Shown piece by piece: positions 1 through 9,943 of a DNA stretch of 64,000 nt (position 1 is the stretch's first letter; each line of letters opens with the position of its first letter). Location: the IMG/VR virus record IMGVR_UViG_3300031673_000011, positions 1-64,000 of that record. One strand, given 5' to 3'. The translations under genes were made by a program, and so were the position numbers. The notes beneath the pieces were generated by a model, which worked only from the letters and a program-made list of their open reading frames with translations, had not been told where the DNA came from and did no database searches. The DNA is from a virus.

Positions 1-3000
1 GTCCCGCCTGCAAGATTTAATTTAGTATTCAAAGCATTTGTTACAGAAGTATTCTGAGCATTAATATAATTTGTCTGGCTTGTATTCTGAGCAGTCATTG
101 TTGTATCAGCATAGTTCTTCATTGAAGTATTAATAGCATTTACTTCCGTTTCATTATAAACCTGAGCCCAAATCCCAGACCATGTTACATAGGCACTTAA
201 ATCTGTAATCTTAGCAAAAACTACATTAACCCAATTAACAACAGAAGCATTATTTTGGGCAATATAGTTATTTTGAGATGTGTTAAATAAAATATCCTGA
301 CTATCAACATAATTCTTCATTGATGTATTTTGAACACCAATATAATTAACTAAAGATTGATTTTGAATTGTTGCATTTGCCATAGTCATATGAGTTAAGA
401 ATGTTGTCCAGTTTGCTTGCCATAATGGTTCTCCATTTGCCGTATTGAAGTATGAACCATTATTTAATATTTGATATAATGTTGTATTTGCATTTATAAC
501 ATAATTTCTCATTGAAGTATTTTGTAAAGTGAAATTCTCTCCAGTCATATAAGAAGTATTTGTTATACTAAGATATGAAACATTAAAATTATTTATATCT
601 GTTTTAGTGTAATAGTTAATTTTATCTAAACTCCAGTTTCCAACTCTATCTACCAATGTTGTTATTAAAGTATATAATCCAAATGTATTTGTTACCGAAA
701 CATTATTTGAAGCGATTGAATTTGTTATAGATAAATTCCTACTATTCATATCGTTTGTCTGACTTGTATTTTGATTATCTACATAAGTTTGAGTAGCATG
801 TGTTAAAAAGACAGAATAATTTGCTATAAATGTATCTGTTCCCCCTGCTCCATTAGTTGAATTTACCCATAAAACATAATTTCTCATTGAAGTATTTTGA
901 ATAGCAAAGTAATTAACTAAAGAGGTGTTTTGAGTAAGAACATAATCTATAAGATAATTGTTCCTTGTTACATTAAAAACATTAGTTATCCAATTAACTA
1001 TTGAATTGTTCTGGACTAAGTCCTTAGCATCTATTGTAGAATTAATCCAACTATCATCATATAAAGTTCCTGTATTTGTGGAATTAACCCACAAAATATA
1101 ATTCTCAATTGAAATGTTATTTGACTCTATGTAGTTTGTAAGAGATTGATTATTTAATAAAAATTGAGAATAATTAGCTATGAATGTATCTGTATCTGTT
1201 CCAGTGTTTGTAGAATTTACATAGAGGATATAATTCTCTATTGAAACATTATTTGATTCTATATAATTTGTTAGAGATTCATTATTTAATAAGAATTGAG
1301 AATAGTTTTGAACAAAGGTATCTGTATTTATTCCAGTGTTTGTAGAATTTACATAGAGGATATAATTAACAAGGGTGTCATTTGTAGTTTGGTTAAAAGT
1401 ATAAAGATAAGAAACATTAAAATTATCTATGTCTGTCTTTGGATAATAATCTCCTTTATCAGCAGACCAATTACCCACTCTATCAACTAATGTTGTTATT
1501 GAAACAAAAACACTATTAGCCCAATTAACTATCGATTGATTATTAGAATTAATATAATTAGTTGTTGAAATATTGTTTGAAAGGAAAGTTGAATAATTAG
1601 CATCCCATCTTGGTTCTCCTATACTATCTACATAATTCTTCATTGAAATATTTTGAAGAGTAAAATTATCTCCTGTCATATAAGATTCATTAGTAGCGTT
1701 CCAAGGATAATTCAAATAACTTCCATTATTGAGAGTGGAAGTCAAAGCAAGAGAACCATTATATGCTAATGAATCTGTTTCAGGAATATTAAAATAACTT
1801 CCATTATTTAATTCACTATCAAGAGCATACGAAGTATTTGTTGAGTTCCAAGGATAATTTAGATAAGAACCATTATTAAGAATATCTACTGAAACATAAC
1901 TTTCGTTTGTGGCGTTCCAATTCTTTATTTCAAGATAAGATGTGTTTGTAGCGTTCCAATTTGTGAATTTCATATAATCTCCTTTATCAGCAGACCAATT
2001 ACCAAGTGCAGTCATTGTATCTGCTAAAGAACTAAAAGTAGATGTTATCCAATTTACAATAGAACCATTTTGAATATCTGTATAAGTATTTGCTGGAATT
2101 GTCTGATTATAAGCCCAAAGATTATAAGTTGAATTTGTTGTATTCAAATAAGAACTATTAAAATTATTAATATCAGTTTTTGTATAATATAAACTATAAT
2201 TTGCAATCCAAGTATCTATAATTACTGGATTAAAGAAACTTCCATTCATTAAAGTATCATATAAAGCATAAGAAGTATTTGTAGAGTTCCATTGATAAGC
2301 CCAAAGTAGAGAACCATTATATGCTAATGAATCTGTCTCAGGAATATTAAAATAACTTCCATTATTTAATTCTGAACTCTTTGCTATTGTTCCATTCATT
2401 ACCCAAGACCAGATACTACCATTTGTAATCTTATTCCAATCTATGTGTGTTAAGAATTCTGAATAGTTAGAGTTCCAATTAGTTTCTACTGCTGGAACAT
2501 CTGTCAACTGACTCCCATTTCCAAAGAAATAATTAGCTGTTATGTTGTATCCTGTATTGTCTAAATTCTCGTTTATATGAAATGAATTTGGGTCAACCTC
2601 GTTGCCTATTCTTGGTGTATATCCAGAGGAAACATACATCGCATCAATATATAATTTATGTTGTATACTTGCACTTCCAGCATCTAAAATTCTCAATAAT
2701 AACTTATCATCAACTATGTGATCTGTTGTATCTCTAATATCTGCACATGCCCAGTTAAAAATTACATTATCAGACATTGTCAAATATCCTTCCCAAGTTC
2801 CCAAACTAATACTATACAAAGATACTACAAAACCATCTCCATCTGCCTTATATCTAAAGCATATTTTATTTACATCACTTGTTATATTATTTGAAGTGTT
2901 TGCATAATATTCTAATCCATCAGGGGTATCTTCTGTTAAATTATAACTAATTGTATCGTAGTCGTCAAATTGATTTGTCAGACTTAGTGTCCCTTGACTT

Positions 3001-5009
3001 GTTCCATAAACTAAATTTTCATTTGTAAAAAACCAATATTTCCCAAGAAGTTTATTGTCTAATGTCTCGTTGAATTTTGTTTCGTTGAAAGATAAAAAAT
3101 ATCCATCAAAGATATTCCATGTATCTGCTGATGTCCAGTTAAATTTTCCATTAAATAAGTTTGATGTTATATTATAAATTCCAAGATTAACATTCCCTGT
3201 TGCTCCTGTGTAGGGAACATAAGAATAGTTTGTTATATTGCTCCAACTACTATTATAGGCAGAGAAATTTGCATCCCATCTTGCTTCTCCTATACTATCT
3301 ACATAATTCTTCATTGATAAATTAACATCAGCTACATAATTATTTCTCGTAACATTGAATACATTTGAAATCCAATTTACAATAGAGGTATTCTGTATTC
3401 CAATATAATTTACTAAAGAACTATTCTGGACAGCGATATAATTTACAACAGAATCATTTTGAACCAAAATCTTATTATCTATTGTATTGTTAATCCAAGA
3501 GTCATCATAATCTCCTATTGTGTTAAAATAACTTCCATTATTCAAAATCTGCATTACAGTTTCATTATTATATATTATAAAATTATTCATAGAGATATTT
3601 TGCAATGTGAAATTAGAACCAGTCATATAGCTTTCATTAGTTGCATTCCATTGAGAAGTTAAAAATAATGTCCCATTTAATGCAGTAGCCCAACTTAAAT
3701 AAGATTCATTTGTAGCATTCCATTGAGAAGTTAAAAATAAAGTTCCATTCATAACTTCTGCCCAAGTAATATGAGTTAAGAATGTAGTCCAGTTTCCATT
3801 CCATTTAAGTTCTGAACCTTCAGGCAAGTTTATTAAATTAGAACCATCTCCAAAATAATAACTTGCAGTTACATTACCAGAAAAATTTAAATTATTTAAT
3901 ACATCAATATTTTCAGCAGAGATATTCCTTACATAAAGCCAGTCCCATCTATTTGCTCCTGAACCTAAACTATATGTAAGAGTTGTTGCAGGACTTAAAT
4001 TTGCAGATAATAACCATTCATTAGTCGCCATATCCAAAGCACCCAATGTTCCACCAAGATAAGCAGAATATAAATTATGTGCAGTTAAATCATATACTCC
4101 CAAATTAACATTATTATATGCTCCAGTATATGGAACATAAGTTAGATTAGTTGTATAATTTATCCAAGCATCATCATAAGAAACCTGACTATCAACATAG
4201 TTTTTCATTGAAGTATTCTGAACTGTAATATAATTTACAATAGAATTATTGTTTGAAAATATATAATTATTAATTGAATCATTAGTGGTTTGATTATATG
4301 TAGAACTCCAAGAAGAATTATAAGCTGTCCAGTTAGCTAACCAAGTTGTATCTATTCCTCCCCCTGTGTTTGTAGAATTTACCCAGATTACATAATTTCT
4401 CATACTTGTATTAATATCATTAACTTCTGTTTTTGTATAATAATTTATTTTATCTAAACTCCAATTTCCAACCCTGTCTACTAATGTTGAAATCAAAACA
4501 TAAAGATTAAAGGTATTTGTTACTGATTGATTGTTGGAATTTATATAATTGTTTATAGAATTGTTTGTAGTTTGATTAAAGGTAGAACTCCAAGTATCGT
4601 TGAAAGCTGTATAGTTTGCTGTCCATAAAGGTTCTGCTCCACCAGAAATTGTAGCGATGTAATTGTTTATTGAATCGTTAGTTGTTTGATTAAAAGTATT
4701 GCTCCAAGAAGAATTAAATGCAGAATAGTTTGCTGACCAATAAGGGTCCGTTTCTGAACCTATTGAAACATCAGCACAAATTAATGTTCCATTTGGAAAC
4801 ATTCCTATAACAAACTCTGTTCCACAATCATCTAATAAATTTGTATAGTTTGCTAACCATAATGGTTCATCAGTTACATTATTATAATATGTAACATAAG
4901 TTGTAGTTATATTTTTAAGAATGCCATCTGTTGATGGGAAGTTCCAAGCAGATACCCCAGATATCAGGAACATTCCTAACAAGAAAAATATTAATATTTT
5001 TCTATCCAT
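1..5009 (-). CDS. Giant Asn/Thr/Ser-rich secreted or virion glycoprotein (fibre/adhesin-like), >1660 aa, 3' end outside window
   Basis: ATG at 5009 (MDRKILIFFLLGMFLISGVSAWNF..., signal-peptide-like). The same frame is open at the window edge (...NTSVTNALNTKLNLAGG, resembling the KLxLxGGT fibre motif). Very dense N-x-S/T sequons and internal repeats. Absent from the ORF track because it has no stop in the window; both ends and several internal segments were translated by hand. Confidence 0.8.
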   Translation of the reverse strand, partial: MDRKILIFFLLGMFLISGVSAWNFPSTDGILKNITTTYVTYYNNVTDEPLWLANYTNLLDDCGTEFVIGMFPNGTLICADVSIGSETDPYWSANYSAFNSSWSNTFNQTTNDSINNYIATISGGAEPLWTANYTAFNDTWSSTFNQTTNNSINNYINSNNQSVTNTFNLYVLISTLVDRVGNWSLDKINYYTKTEVNDINTSMRNYVIWVNSTNTGGGIDTTWLANWTAYNSSWSSTYNQTTNDSINNYIFSNNNSIVNYITVQNTSMKNYVDSQVSYDDAWINYTTNLTYVPYTGAYNNVNLGVYDLTAHNLYSAYLGGTLGALDMATNEWLLSANLSPATTLTYSLGSGANRWDWLYVRNISAENIDVLNNLNFSGNVTASYYFGDGSNLINLPEGSELKWNGNWTTFLTHITWAEVMNGTLFLTSQWNATNESYLSWATALNGTLFLTSQWNATNESYMTGSNFTLQNISMNNFIIYNNETVMQILNNGSYFNTIGDYDDSWINNTIDNKILVQNDSVVNYIAVQNSSLVNYIGIQNTSIVNWISNVFNVTRNNYVADVNLSMKNYVDSIGEARWDANFSAYNSSWSNITNYSYVPYTGATGNVNLGIYNITSNLFNGKFNWTSADTWNIFDGYFLSFNETKFNETLDNKLLGKYWFFTNENLVYGTSQGTLSLTNQFDDYDTISYNLTEDTPDGLEYYANTSNNITSDVNKICFRYKADGDGFVVSLYSISLGTWEGYLTMSDNVIFNWACADIRDTTDHIVDDKLLLRILDAGSASIQHKLYIDAMYVSSGYTPRIGNEVDPNSFHINENLDNTGYNITANYFFGNGSQLTDVPAVETNWNSNYSEFLTHIDWNKITNGSIWSWVMNGTIAKSSELNNGSYFNIPETDSLAYNGSLLWAYQWNSTNTSYALYDTLMNGSFFNPVIIDTWIANYSLYYTKTDINNFNSSYLNTTNSTYNLWAYNQTIPANTYTDIQNGSIVNWITSTFSSLADTMTALGNWSADKGDYMKFTNWNATNTSYLEIKNWNATNESYVSVDILNNGSYLNYPWNSTNTSYALDSELNNGSYFNIPETDSLAYNGSLALTSTLNNGSYLNYPWNATNESYMTGDNFTLQNISMKNYVDSIGEPRWDANYSTFLSNNISTTNYINSNNQSIVNWANSVFVSITTLVDRVGNWSADKGDYYPKTDIDNFNVSYLYTFNQTTNDTLVNYILYVNSTNTGINTDTFVQNYSQFLLNNESLTNYIESNNVSIENYILYVNSTNTGTDTDTFIANYSQFLLNNQSLTNYIESNNISIENYILWVNSTNTGTLYDDSWINSTIDAKDLVQNNSIVNWITNVFNVTRNNYLIDYVLTQNTSLVNYFAIQNTSMRNYVLWVNSTNGAGGTDTFIANYSVFLTHATQTYVDNQNTSQTNDMNSRNLSITNSIASNNVSVTNTFGLYTLITTLVDRVGNWSLDKINYYTKTDINNFNVSYLSITNTSYMTGENFTLQNTSMRNYVINANTTLYQILNNGSYFNTANGEPLWQANWTTFLTHMTMANATIQNQSLVNYIGVQNTSMKNYVDSQDILFNTSQNNYIAQNNASVVNWVNVVFAKITDLSAYVTWSGIWAQVYNETEVNAINTSMKNYADTTMTAQNTSQTNYINAQNTSVTNALNTKLNLAGG

Positions 5010-5221
5010 TATTCAAAGCTCACACTTGATTTAAAATTAGAAAAATTAGTAGGAGAAGAACTAGAATTAGAAGAAGAATTAGAATTAAAAGAAGAACTAA
5101 AATTCAAATAAGAATTAGAAAAAGAAAAATTAGAAATTAAAAATAAATTAAAAAAGGATAAAGAAGATTTCATCTAAATGGTTCTCTCTTTTTTATTTGT
5201 TGTATTGTAAAGGTGTGGCAT

Positions 5222-5482
5222 TTAAACTACCCCAGCTTGTCTTAAACTAGTATAAGTTACAGCGATTCCAATTCCTAGAATTGAAAGTGCAAAGAAACCT
5301 GGAACTAATTTTAAAACTGTAGCACCCCATCCAGTTGTGTTATATAATGCAGAGTTACAACTTGTTCCTGATAAGGAATGATTTGAACTACATGCTGCAG
5401 TTAAAACTTCATCTGAAATTGGTCCAATTAAGCTAGTACCTAAAAGGATTGAAACAAAACCACCGATAAGATTTGCTATCAT
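5222..5482 (-). CDS. Spindle-virus-type capsid protein paralogue (VP3-like) with Cys-bracketed loop insertion
   Basis: Near-identical to 5492-5722 at both ends; two hydrophobic helices, ...GATVLKLVPGFF...; loop insert ACSSNHSLSGTSC. Confidence 0.7.
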   Translation of the reverse strand: MIANLIGGFVSILLGTSLIGPISDEVLTAACSSNHSLSGTSCNSALYNTTGWGATVLKLVPGFFALSILGIGIAVTYTSLRQAGVV

Positions 5483-5491
5483 TTTTTATCC

Positions 5492-5722
5492 TTAAACTAT
5501 CCCAGCTTGTCTTAAACTAGTATAAGTTACTGCGATTCCAATTCCTAGAATTGAAAGTGCAAAGAAACCTGGAACTAATTTTAAAACTGTTGCTCCCCAA
5601 CCAGTTGCATTATATAATGCACTATTAGTTGCTGCTGCAGTATTTACTTCTGTAGCAACGGGACCAATCAAACTTGTTCCTACCAATATAGACACGAATC
5701 CACCTATAAGATTTGCTATCAT
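5492..5722 (-). CDS. Spindle-virus-type major capsid protein (SSV1 VP1/His1 MCP-like hydrophobic hairpin)
   Basis: LIGGFVSILVGTSLIGPVATEV-loop-TGWGATVLKLVPGFFALSILGIGIAVTY matches the remembered fusellovirus VP1 pattern (IGIVLLPVIVSQV...TGTNATLLNLVPLFYILVLII). Confidence 0.72.
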   Translation of the reverse strand: MIANLIGGFVSILVGTSLIGPVATEVNTAAATNSALYNATGWGATVLKLVPGFFALSILGIGIAVTYTSLRQAGIV

Positions 5723-5775
5723 ATTATTTTTTTGTTATTTGTTAAGCCTCCAATGGAAATATTATAATTTCTTGG

Positions 5776-5811
5776 TTATATAAATGTTTGTGATTTGAGA
5801 ATTTTTCAGAA
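5776..5811 (-). promoter_or_regulatory. Class II (capsid-gene) promoter TTCTGAAA-N8-AATCACAAACATTTATATAA
   Basis: TATA-like box about 55 bp upstream of the capsid ATG; same motif and spacing at 45374-45409. Confidence 0.7.
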
Positions 5812-5846
5812 TGGGGAGTTTTACTAGTAGAAACTTTTAGGTTTTT

Positions 5847-5881
5847 GTTACTACTATATAGTGATTAGAAAAGTTTATAAA
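5847..5881 (+). promoter_or_regulatory. Class I promoter: GTTACTACT box, purine-rich BRE, TTTATAAA
   Basis: First of 18 copies with the GTTAC box exactly 27 bp before the TATA box. Confidence 0.8.
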
Positions 5882-5905
5882 GGGTGGTTTCCTAATATTA
5901 TCACA

Positions 5906-6103
5906 ATGGATTGGACATATTGGAATGATAAATATATCTTTGTTAAACTAAAGAGTGGAGCAGTTTATTCTGGAAAAGTTATTGATGTAGATGTTTCTAA
6001 TGAAAAATTAATTTGGTTTACTATAACTGATAAAAAAGATGAAAGAATTACTTTCCCGAATTCTGAAATTGTTAAATTAAAGGAGGAAGAAGAAAATGAA
6101 TGA
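5906..6103 (+). CDS. Small Sm/LSm-like beta-barrel protein
   Basis: KYIFVKLKSGAVYSGKVIDVD resembles the Sm1 motif; start moved to the ATG downstream of the promoter. Confidence 0.45.
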   Translation: MDWTYWNDKYIFVKLKSGAVYSGKVIDVDVSNEKLIWFTITDKKDERITFPNSEIVKLKEEEENE

Positions 6104-6641
6104 AACAAATTTTATAGAAGATATTAATTATGCAATATCAGATAATATTAGAAGTAGAAATTATCAAACTATTATAAGAAATTTTAATGTTAAAAGTTTT
6201 GATGCAAAAGAATTAGAAGAAGGAAAAGATAACTATGATTTCATATGTAAATTAAAAGATGGAACACAATTAAAACTTGAATTTAAAAATAGAAGAATTG
6301 GAAATAAATATGATGATGTAGCCTTAGAAGTTTATAATGATGATGAAACTAAAACTCCTGGTTGGGTTTTTAAACTCATAGAAAATGATGTAGATTATGT
6401 AATTTACACTTGGCACGAAAAACCAAAAAAGGGATACATAATTCTTAAAGCAAAAGAATTAGAAAAATGGTGGAGAAATAATTTTAACAATTATGGATTA
6501 AGAATAAACAAAATTTCATATAGAGAAGGAAGTATGTGGCAAAGTTCTTGGTGTCCTGTTCCTATCAAAGATATCCCTACAAATATTATTTATAAATATG
6601 AAATCTTTCCAGACTTACAAAATTTTTGGAGTGGAATATGA
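6096..6641 (+). CDS. PD-(D/E)xK nuclease (restriction endonuclease-like)
   Basis: YDFICK...KLEFKNRR motif, then ALEV...PGW. Confidence 0.6.
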   Translation: MNETNFIEDINYAISDNIRSRNYQTIIRNFNVKSFDAKELEEGKDNYDFICKLKDGTQLKLEFKNRRIGNKYDDVALEVYNDDETKTPGWVFKLIENDVDYVIYTWHEKPKKGYIILKAKELEKWWRNNFNNYGLRINKISYREGSMWQSSWCPVPIKDIPTNIIYKYEIFPDLQNFWSGI

Positions 6642-7084
6642 GTATTCTTAATTATGATAAAGAAGGAAATTTAATTGTTCCTTTTACTGGAAAGAAAACA
6701 AAAGCTTGGTCAGAAATTAAAAGAGAAAGAAGAAATGAAGAAGAAAAACAGAAGTGGAAAGCAATTAATGAAAAAACCAAACCATGGGCAAATGATGGGA
6801 AAATATATACTGATGAACAATTTAAAATAGTAATTGATGGAAATTCTAACGATGAAGAAAACCTTATTAAAGTTGGGAAACAATTTGGAAGAAAAGCAAC
6901 AGCAATAAGAGAATTAAGATTATTTAGAAATAGATATTTGAATGATGGAAAGATACCACAATGCTTTTGGGGTCAATCACATTCCAATGGACCACACAAT
7001 TTACCAAATAAACCAGACCATCAAGGACAACAATTAAAAAGGATAATAGATGAAATGCCAGATTATTATAAAGGATTTATATAA
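6638..7084 (+). CDS. Hypothetical protein
   Basis: ORF coupled by ATGA overlap to the upstream gene. Confidence 0.6.
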   Translation: MSILNYDKEGNLIVPFTGKKTKAWSEIKRERRNEEEKQKWKAINEKTKPWANDGKIYTDEQFKIVIDGNSNDEENLIKVGKQFGRKATAIRELRLFRNRYLNDGKIPQCFWGQSHSNGPHNLPNKPDHQGQQLKRIIDEMPDYYKGFI

Positions 7085-7085
7085 G

Positions 7086-8210
7086 ATGAATATACAAATT
7101 GATAAAGAATTTAAAAATTTAATACCCCCCCTAATGGATGAAGAATATGAAGGTTTAAAAGAAAACTTAAAAAGAAATGGTTGTGAAGAACCATTAACAT
7201 TATGGAATAACTTTATAATTGATGGACATAATAGATATGAAATTTGTACTAAAAATAAAATAAAATTTAAGGTTATTAAAAAGAAATTTAAAAACAAGGA
7301 TGATGTTAAAGTTTGGATTATAAATAAACAGCTTGATAGAAGAAATATTTCTAAATATGATAGAACAAGATTAGCATTGAGGAAAGAAGAAATATTAAAA
7401 CCTATTGCTAAGGAAAATCAGAAAGGGGGTAAAGGGGGTAAGTTGCTTCCGCCAATATTGGCAAAAGCAGACACAAGAGAAACCATATCTAAACTTGCCA
7501 AGGTAAGTCATGGAACTGTTGATAAAGTTAAATATATAGAACAAAAAGCTCCAAAAGAAATTAAGAAACAACTTTCAAAAGGAGAAGAAACAATTAGTGG
7601 GGCATACAACACTTTGAAAAGAGCAGAGAAAGAAGAAAAGCGAGAACAAGAAAGAAAGGAAGATAAAAAGAAAGCAGAAAAAGTAAAATCTCCAGAAGAA
7701 TTATTTAAAGAAGTAAAATTTACAACAGTAGTTATTGACCCTCCTTGGGATTTAAATGATGAAGGAGATACCAATCAAATGGGAAGGGCTAAACCAAATT
7801 ATTCTACAATGTCAATTGAAGAACTAAAGAAACTTCCAATACCAAATATAATAAAAAAAGATGCTCACATTTATTTATGGATTACAAATAGAAGTTTATA
7901 TAAAGGATTTGAATTACTTAAGGCATGGGGATTTAGATATATAGTTTGTTTAACTTGGTGTAAACCCTCTTTTGGAATGGGAAATTACTTTCGTGGTTCT
8001 ACAGAACATCTTTTATTTGGTATAAAAGGAAGTCTTCCATTAAAAAATAAAAATACTGGAACTTGGTTTTTAGCAAAACGTGGAGAAGGGGGGCATAGTT
8101 CTAAACCAGATGAACTTTATGAATTAGTTGAAAAATGTTCTCCAGGATTATATTTAGATTATTTTGGAAGGAAAGAGAGAAAAGGTTGGTATTCTTATGG
8201 AGTTAAATAA
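7086..8210 (+). CDS. ParB-like domain fused to MT-A70-family adenine methyltransferase
   Basis: N-terminal LIPPL...IIDGHNRY (ParB/Srx); C-terminal VIDPPW, HIYLW, TEHLLFG, HSSKP. Confidence 0.85.
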   Translation: MNIQIDKEFKNLIPPLMDEEYEGLKENLKRNGCEEPLTLWNNFIIDGHNRYEICTKNKIKFKVIKKKFKNKDDVKVWIINKQLDRRNISKYDRTRLALRKEEILKPIAKENQKGGKGGKLLPPILAKADTRETISKLAKVSHGTVDKVKYIEQKAPKEIKKQLSKGEETISGAYNTLKRAEKEEKREQERKEDKKKAEKVKSPEELFKEVKFTTVVIDPPWDLNDEGDTNQMGRAKPNYSTMSIEELKKLPIPNIIKKDAHIYLWITNRSLYKGFELLKAWGFRYIVCLTWCKPSFGMGNYFRGSTEHLLFGIKGSLPLKNKNTGTWFLAKRGEGGHSSKPDELYELVEKCSPGLYLDYFGRKERKGWYSYGVK

Positions 8211-8221
8211 ATCTTAATTTT

Positions 8222-8256
8222 GTTACTACTATTAAGTGGTGGGAAAGATTTATAAA
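8222..8256 (+). promoter_or_regulatory. Class I promoter
   Basis: GTTACTACTATTAAGTGGTGGGAAAGATTTATAAA. Confidence 0.8.
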
Positions 8257-8277
8257 GGTTAAATTCATTAATCCAAA

Positions 8278-8433
8278 ATGGAAAACGAAGAAACTGATGA
8301 AGAAGTTGAACAGGAAGAACCTGAAGAACAAGATAAAGAAACTTCAGAAGAATCTCCTAAAGAAGAATCTGAAGAAAGCTCAGATGAAAGCGAGTCTCAA
8401 GACCAAGAGACTGCTGAAGATTCTGAAGAATAA
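8278..8433 (+). CDS. Hyperacidic 51-aa protein
   Basis: MENEETDEEVEQEEPEEQDKETSEESPKEESEESSDESESQDQETAEDSEE; ATG 22 bp after the TATA box, followed by a T-rich terminator. Confidence 0.65.
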   Translation: MENEETDEEVEQEEPEEQDKETSEESPKEESEESSDESESQDQETAEDSEE

Positions 8434-8471
8434 CAATAAAGTTCTTAAGTTAATATTTTTTTTATTTTTTT

Positions 8472-8506
8472 GTTACTACTATATAGTGATTAGAAAAGTT
8501 TATAAA
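8472..8506 (+). promoter_or_regulatory. Class I promoter of the replication operon
   Basis: Identical to the 5847 copy. Confidence 0.8.
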
Positions 8507-8534
8507 GGGTAGGTGTTTGGTAAAGGACTACAAA

Positions 8535-8786
8535 ATGGAAACGGTTATGGATAAAATTGAACGATGGAAGCTTCTCACTAATTTATTTATCAAAAAAAAT
8601 ACAAAGACATTCATCCGTGAGCTTAATGGAGATTTTCATTTCTGTACTATAATTCTTGTTGATGATGATTATATTTCAATAAAGAACTTTGGTCCTGAAC
8701 AAAGAGCAGGGACAGAAGAAAAAATTTATTGGTATAATATTTCTGAGTTAGATGAATTTAAAGAAAGGGGGGAAGGGAATGGATAG
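8535..8786 (+). CDS. Small beta-barrel (Sm/SH3-like) protein
   Basis: TFIRELNGDFHFCTIILVDDDYISIK beta-strand pattern. Confidence 0.4.
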   Translation: METVMDKIERWKLLTNLFIKKNTKTFIRELNGDFHFCTIILVDDDYISIKNFGPEQRAGTEEKIYWYNISELDEFKERGEGNG

Positions 8787-9942
8787 AGCGATAAATAAAA
8801 CCACTCAACAAATAGTTTCTGCATTTGAAATTCATAATAATGGTTCTTATCAAAACTTAGAAAAAGGAGAATGGATTGCTCCAAAAGATTCCATATACAA
8901 TTGGGAAGAATTAGAAAAGAAAGAAGAACCAGTTCATTATGTTTCTGAAAAAGAGTTTAATAATTTTAAAGGAACTAAAGTTGTTTGCTCTCCTTGTTTT
9001 TCGGTATATCCAGGTTCTTTAGCAAAAACAGTTGAAGAAAGTAAAGAACACAAAATGTTAAAAGATTGGTTATTCAACCGATTAAAAAATGATGACTTAG
9101 AAATAAGATATTCAAAAGGAACAAAACCTCATAAATATGATAATAAATTAAAATTGTCCAAATTAAATATAAACTGGAATGATTATGAAATTGAAGTTAC
9201 AACAAAAGGAACTAAAAAATTAAGGGCAGATATATTGCTTCCTTTTAAAAAGAAAGATATATTCTTAGGAAATGGAATAATATTTGAAGTTCAATTAAGT
9301 AGTCAAAATGAAGTACAAACTTACGAAAGAACTATTGAAAGAGCCTTACATGGATATTCTGTTGTTTGGTTATTTGAAAACGATTTTATAATAGAAGAAG
9401 ATAATATTAAACTAAAAGAAAATATAGTTAATGTAAATAGTTTTAGTGAACAAATGCACTTTGCCAAAAAGGGTTTTGTAAAAAAATTAAAATTTGTTGT
9501 TGAAAATCAATGTAGATTATTAGATGAAAAAATAAAGGAAACCAATCTTGAAATGGATAAACTAATTAAACAGACAAATATAGAAAGAGAAAGATTAGAT
9601 AATAAAAAAGAAGAAATATATAATGAAATTTTAAAAAGATTAAATTCAAGAGAAATAATATTATTTCAAAAGATAGAATCACTCGAAGGAAATCCATTTA
9701 AAGGATTTGTAGAAAATTATAAACAACAAATTCAAGAATGCTTTAATAATTTAGAATTTAATCTTAATAATTCTTTTAAAGAAAAAATGGAAGAACTAAA
9801 TTATCCCTTAACTTTAGGAGAATGTAATAAGTGTCATCAAGGATATATGCACTATAAAATAACAAGAACCGGAAAAGAAGTATATAATTGTAGCAATTAT
9901 CCTCTATGTAAAAATACTGTTTGGTTAAATAAGAAAGACTAA
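8779..9942 (+). CDS. CoiA-like PD-(D/E)xK nuclease with coiled coil and C-terminal C4 zinc ribbon
   Basis: ESKEHKMLK, RADILL...IFEVQLS; terminal CNKC...CSNYPLC. Confidence 0.65.
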   Translation: MDRAINKTTQQIVSAFEIHNNGSYQNLEKGEWIAPKDSIYNWEELEKKEEPVHYVSEKEFNNFKGTKVVCSPCFSVYPGSLAKTVEESKEHKMLKDWLFNRLKNDDLEIRYSKGTKPHKYDNKLKLSKLNINWNDYEIEVTTKGTKKLRADILLPFKKKDIFLGNGIIFEVQLSSQNEVQTYERTIERALHGYSVVWLFENDFIIEEDNIKLKENIVNVNSFSEQMHFAKKGFVKKLKFVVENQCRLLDEKIKETNLEMDKLIKQTNIERERLDNKKEEIYNEILKRLNSREIILFQKIESLEGNPFKGFVENYKQQIQECFNNLEFNLNNSFKEKMEELNYPLTLGECNKCHQGYMHYKITRTGKEVYNCSNYPLCKNTVWLNKKD

Positions 9943-9943
9943 T

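Noticed and set aside
1296-3662. Plus-strand ORFs 1296-1490 and 3459-3662
   Set aside because: Shadows of the giant minus-strand gene
5030-5175. Purine-rich GAATTAGAA low-complexity tract between the capsid and fibre genes
   Set aside because: Irregular, with no fixed period; could be a Ser/Asn/Phe-rich micro-ORF or a pyrimidine-rich terminator zone on the minus strand, but neither is supportable
8297-8512. Lys/Leu-rich 71-aa ORF
   Set aside because: Alternative frame of the acidic ORF at 8278; it runs through a terminator and a promoter
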